A DNA stretch of 64,000 nt, from assembly GCA_036172245.1 (NCBI GenBank), contig JAYWIR010000016.1, positions 2,976,001-3,040,000 of the forward strand, given 5' to 3'. This DNA comes from Raillietiella orientalis. Lineage: Eukaryota. The notes under the pieces are model-generated. The model saw only the letters and a list, made by a program, of their open reading frames with translations, was not told the origin of the DNA and did not search any database. Below, in pieces: positions 58,388-64,000 of this stretch; the stretch's first letter is position 1, and each line of letters starts with the position of its first letter. The translations under genes and the position numbers were made by a program.

Positions 58388-60660
58388 GTACTGCACGCGC
58401 ACCCCCACCCCTCGATTCCCACTAAACGATGGCAGCGGCCATCTCTGCTGCTACTGCTGATGCTCTTCCCCATACGGAATGCTTCCGTCCGATAGACCAG
58501 CCAGCAGCAGCAGTGGCACTCATGCGCTCCCCTGGCATGACTGTCTTCTCCTTGTGGCTGCAGAGACAGCACCAAGTCCATACCTTCCGCCAATGCCGGG
58601 ATGGGATAGGGAAAAGGAGTAGGCTCGTTCCTATTAACTTTCGTGAAGAATGAAAGAAGGGAATGGGAAAGAATGATTCTGTCCCTTTGGACCCGTGGCA
58701 CTTCGGCTCTCCTCTTTCCTTCTACAGAAAAAGGGAGGCCGAAGTTCTCCAGCGACGACGAATCCTTTCCCAAGTAAAAGGGAGGGGAACAGAATGAGTG
58801 GGATGCCACACATAGGCATGTCACCTAGGGGGTTGCGGGAAGCCCAGTCAATATCCCACCTTTAAGTGGGGAGGAGGGTACCCTTGGGGGAAAAGAACTC
58901 GCGCTAGAAACCCCCCGTTGGTACCCACCCTTGCTTTTCAACATCCGTTAGGCCTGTCGTATTTCTCATGGATTCACTCCAACATTGCGTACGCCGACCA
59001 CAATTCCTTTCTACTCCTCCCCCCGTTCCCACCGTGGTGTCTCCCTTCCTCCTAGTCCTTTCTGATTGGCCTCCTACTGTGTTCCAGGAGCCTCGGTGAT
59101 CTTGGTGCGGGTCTGTTCCCTTCGTCTTCCCTACTGATGAAGCTGAGCCGGCTAGACAACGCTGACGATGAGGAAAGAAAAGTCCTGTGGATGCCATAGT
59201 GCGGGAAAGGCTTCCCGTATGTGACGGTGGCGAAACTACAGACCACGTTTTAAGAGGTGTTTTGTCAATGCGGCCACTTTTGGCTTCAGTATATGAAGGG
59301 AGCTGGGAAGGTGGGTGGGAAGGGAAAGGGAAGCGGGGAAGGAAGATCCACCACCCTCGCTAGTTACCACCCTTCTTCGATTCCATCTTGATCACTCTGA
59401 ATGAATTCGTCATTACAAAAACCTCAGGACTCGCCCCTTCCCTTCCGCTTGCTTCAGAGGCAGTCTAAGAGGGGACAAGCTTGTTTGTCAATCTGCAGTT
59501 CCTCTTGCTACTCTCCCTAGGTAGGCAAGGATACTAGTGATGGTGGGGGTGGGAGCAGGGCAGCAGAGAAGGAGGCAGTGCACCAGCTACTGAGAGCATC
59601 CTTTGCAGTGCCATACTTCCAGCTCACCATTTCCAGGAACAAAACAAGTCCACATCAGTGAGGCAGTAGCACAAAATGCTGGAGATTCCAAGCACTCCTC
59701 CCACCAGAAAGGAGGAAAAGAGGGGAGGGGTGAGGGAAACAAGTCAACAAAAAGAAAAATACTGGCACAAAGAAAATGAAGCAAACACCCAGTTTCCCCT
59801 ACCAAGTTACCATGCAGTGCCCATCAGCAGCCACCATCATCCACTAGTACAGAGATGGCAATTAGCAAGAGCAGAGAGATATTTCCACATATCCTCCCCC
59901 TCCCCCCTGACACCTTTGAGACAATCCTGGAGATGCAGTAGAAATAGCATCTTTACAGCAGTGCTCCCCGGCAGACACTCCACAATCAATTCAGTTTCTG
60001 AAACCTTGGATCCCAATCCCACAGAAGCTTTCCCGAAGGCTCCTGAAATGAGGGATTTGTGTGCTTCTTAAATGAAGCTGGCACACTGCACATGTATATT
60101 CCAGTGAATCTCTTGTACTTTGGACTTGGAACTCGCCACCTGCACCTATGTGTCAATGTGACTGGAAACTGCGAAGGAAAACAAATGGAACTAAAGATCC
60201 TAATTTTTGAAAGCCACAGCTTCTCGATTAAAACAACATTCCTGGAAACCAATCAAAAAAAATGTTTGAAACCGAAGTCATTAATAAATGCTATTTCAAT
60301 TGATGGGAATCAAATGGAAACCAAATTTTGCAAAACATGCACACTCTGATGACTGCAACTTTTATAATTGGTTGCAACTGGATACATCAATAAAATTCCG
60401 ATGCTTAGAACAAGCAAATAAAGTTAATGAGATCGAAGAATTACAAACACAGATGTCTGACTTCAGCCGTGTAATTACTTGACTGTAACAAATACTTTGG
60501 TTTGAAAATTTGCCTTTGAACTAGTTCTTACAGCAAAACACTTACAATTCTAAAATCCATAGCATGAGATTGTCTACTCAACCATGTTTGCCAAATTTTA
60601 TAGGATCACTGAGGAATCAACAATTTATCCCATTTACCCAGGAACTGCAGCTTTAAGTTT

Positions 60661-63600
60661 TTACAAAGCTACTCTTGGAATGGCTCCGGAGAATTCCCGC
60701 GATTGTTGTTTTCCCCCTGTCCTTCCCGTTCTTTGCTCGAATCCTTCCGGAGGGAGATCATTATCCAGATCATCGGGTTGGGTTTCGTCTTTCCTTCTTA
60801 CGTGGGTTGCATATATGCTACTTGAATAATACCGGATCCAGGTGGCTACCATCCGTTGCCTTAGCTCCGCAAGCTTCTTTTTTGGTATTCCTAGGTATTG
60901 CAGTACCTCTTCGTTTCCAGGAGGATCCCATGCTCCCAGTGAGCAGACAATGATCGCATGCACTTTGGGGAGTGTTTCCCACTGTTTCCGGGTTGCATTA
61001 CGATATCTTGGTATTTTCCTTCTTCGGCTTTCCTAGCTGTAGTGAACGTCTCCTTTCCACTTTCGTATGGGCAGGAGATGTCCAGCACACTCATTCGGTC
61101 CCTTTTCTCTAAAAACCGGGTCCGGTTCGAGGCCAGAGGTGGTTCCTGGTAGTCTGCGATTGCTTCACAAAAGACCCCACTTCGCTTCATCCGCTGCGGC
61201 CTTTCTGATGATTTCCTGAATGACATCAGGCCGCTGCATCGTCAGAGGGACGTGCTTCTCGCATCTATTTAATACGTGGGATGGCGTTTCGTCCTCCGTC
61301 CCGCAACGCCGACATATACTCTTTCGTGTCCTTTTTTGGTTGACCCAGAGTTGACTGGAAGTTGAGTCTTGCAGCATGGATGGATGAACTTGTAGTCCTA
61401 GAATCTGAAGTGGATTCCGTTTGTATGGAAGAAGCTTGAAGAGTGATGCATGCCCACACGCTGCATGGCCTTCCCTTGACTAACGTGGTTTTCAATGAGG
61501 GATTGCCACGCGTGTTGTGCAATGTGCAATGGAGAGGATATGTGCAATGCTCTCACGCCGGAGGGAAGCCCTCTTCTTGTACTGCTGGCGAAGATTACGC
61601 CGTCAACCGTTATACGGGGTTCTCCTTGTTGAACTCCCAACGGACTTGAATTCTCCTAGAGGCCTTCCTTCCTTTCGACCAGAGGCTCTCAATATCCCAT
61701 CTGGGCTTTGCGGTCTTCATGCCCGTCATGAATTCCCCGAGATTCTCATCTGTCGGTACTTCATGGTTACATTATTAGACGATTTCCTCCGGGGTCTCTC
61801 TTGTGCTAACTTTCTTACCGCTTTGCCTGGAGACGTAAGCAGCTTGAAGCATCTGTCCATGATGAAGAGGTCGGATTCTCCAGCTAGGTTCATTAGTCCT
61901 ACGCAGCCTTTGCTCCTGGTAGGTGTAAGGCCTTTTTTATTTTCTTCCTGACTTCTTCGCCAACATGATGCATTCCCCTTTTCGGTGAGTTCCCAGCCTC
62001 TCGTAATGAACTAGCCTGGAGTAGAAGGTTTTCAATGCGTCCATCTTATGCCATCCTGAGAGTACACTCTCAAGTATGGCACTCGCGTTCTGGCAGATGT
62101 CTTCCATAGTCGGTTGCATGTGGAAGACCTTCATGCCGAAGGGTTTTCCCAAGTATTTGCGTGCCTGCGATAAGGCAATACAAGAAAGATAAATAAGAAA
62201 GCAGTTCGATATTACGAACCTTCTCATCGTTTATACGGTTCCTTGTAATAGTTTCAAGGCGAAATCGGATCAGCTTCCCATGTACCGATTTTGTAAAGGT
62301 CTTGGCGCAGAACTGCATAGCCGGAAAGGAAACTGGATTGCTTGACACTCATGTTGACCTCTGTCCCGTCATTTCTGTGCACCCAATTTGAGAAGCTGGC
62401 GCTTGGAGCTACACGCCCAAAGACTAAGGTCCGAAAAAGGAAACCCTCTGAGAATCTGAACTTTGCTTCGAAGGTTCCGCCCATCCATTCGGCTATCCCT
62501 GTTCATCCACGTTTCAGTTGCGATGGTTTCACGCAGACCACAGCCCTGCCTGCCCTGTTCCCCTTAGAGCTCACTCTCCAGTATGGCACTCGCCTTCTGG
62601 CAGATGTCATCCTTGGATAGTTGTGTATTGAATACCTTAACACCAAAGAATTTTCCCAAGTACTTGTATGCTTGTGATAAGGCAATACAAGGGATTTTCC
62701 CTTCCTTCACCTGGCTTTCCACGTTCCTTGTACCTTTCGGAATTCTCCCGCTGTACAATATTGAGGCGCATTTCGCCGCGTTGATGGATAAGCCAGCTTG
62801 CTCGACTAATTTCTGGAAAGGTACTATCATTTCTTCGACTCTCGCTTCGTCCTTTCCCAGTATAACGATATCGTCGGCGTAAGCTAGTATCAGTCGTCCC
62901 CATAGTTATGTCTCATTGAGCGCAGGCTCAATGAGACATAACTATGGGGCTCTATTGAGATGATAAATAGGAATGAGTTTAAGGGACATCCCTGCTTCAC
63001 TACGCGCCGCACGGAGAAGGTCCTCGTTTCTGTCTTTTCCAAGGTGAAACTTCCTGTGTATACTTCTTCAATGATATCTATTATGTTTTCTCCTGCCCCT
63101 GCTTCCTTCGACCAGCGATGTGCAGCATCCAATCTTGTTGTAAGATGAAATTCTGTTCTAGCACTCCATCAAAGGGCAGGAAGCCCTTCTGTTGGGTGCC
63201 ATGATCTCGTTTTCCAGAATCCATCTTCTGATTCGGGAGGCTAAGCATTTGGCATACAACCTATAGGCACTGTTGCTAATGGATATTGGCCTCCAGCTGG
63301 AGATGTCATCTGCTGCTGTGGGGTTCTTCGCTATGAGTACCGCTCTGGTACACCTCCACTCTTCTGGAATTCGACGAAACCTTTTTAGAATATTAAAAAT
63401 TATTGTGAGCATTTCGGCCTCTGGATCAATGCTCTTCCATCCAGCGTACGTAATTCCATCTTCTCCGGGGGATGAATTTTCCGCACTCCGCAGTATCGCC
63501 GCTACCTCCTTTTGAGTAAATGGAGATAGGTCTAAGGGGGATGCTGCTTGGGCTCTTCCTAGCAGTATCTTCTTGGGAATCTCTTTATCTGCTTCCTGTT

Positions 63601-64000
63601 TTATCTCCAGCTCATTCCGAAAATGCCTTTTAACCTTGTCAACTTCTAACTTACAGGTCGGGTCCTGCTGACCTAAAATCGCTCTAACTGCTCTTCTCCT
63701 ACTGACGTTGTAAAGTTTTTGGATTGACGATCTGTTGCTCGGGTCAATCCTTGGTTTCTTCCTGCCTTCCTTTCCGCTTTTACTTTGAGTACCTCCTGGA
63801 TTTTAACTTTCACCCTTTGATACATCAGAAGTCCTCCCAACGAGGCCTTTCTTCATCCAGGATCCTCTGGAGATGAATTCGCTCCTCTCTGAACTTTGAG
63901 GAGTAGTTCGCTCTCCATGTCCACTTTCCTGCCGTGCCTTTCGGTTTTCGTGTCTTTGTATGGCTTCCATTTTACTCGTTCCTTCTGGAGGTTCTTGTTT
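60661..64000 (-). mobile_element. Degenerate non-LTR retrotransposon with restriction-like endonuclease (Utopia/NeSL-like); probably continues past the window edge
   Basis: IQKLYNVSRRRAVR, SSPGEDGITY..WK..DP, WRPISI, KQGCPL, LAYADD (about 62870-62887), YKYLG, CCHC knuckle CRRCGTEDETPSHVLNRC, VLDISCPYE..K..KY, IIVCSLGAWDP. Many frameshifts, and RT subdomain 3 appears deleted. Confidence 0.88.

Noticed and set aside
1..64000. CRISPR arrays, rRNA, complete tRNAs, prokaryotic operons
   Set aside because: None seen; the sequence is intron-containing eukaryotic DNA.

Overview
Eukaryotic, arthropod-like genomic window with many very short introns (49-70 nt). It is GC- and CpG-rich in the middle and AT-richer at both ends. 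Most listed ORFs are spurious products of GC-rich DNA, so genes were rebuilt by hand from splice signals and reading phase. Contents: (1) a 6-exon minus-strand LRR-FN3-TM gene resembling Drosophila hattifattener (2928-8722); (2) a highly diverged Rab3GAP catalytic-subunit-like gene (core 15747-16805, +); (3) a giant obscurin/Unc-89 gene of about 68 coding exons (22952-55501, +; DH-PH, about 21 Ig, 2 FN3, 2 kinase domains) with two GC-AG introns and a 61-nt U12-type intron; (4) an allatotropin precursor with a TATA box (58215, +); (5) a decayed Utopia/NeSL-like RLE non-LTR retrotransposon (60661 to the window edge, -). The strongest oddity is a U2 snRNA-derived element in an obscurin intron (54403-54516). 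Its branch-point-recognition region is altered, and a hairpin-forming insert sits at about the nucleotide that U2-specific retrotransposons target, about 6 kb from the Utopia-like element. All family assignments come from recalled motifs, not from database searches.
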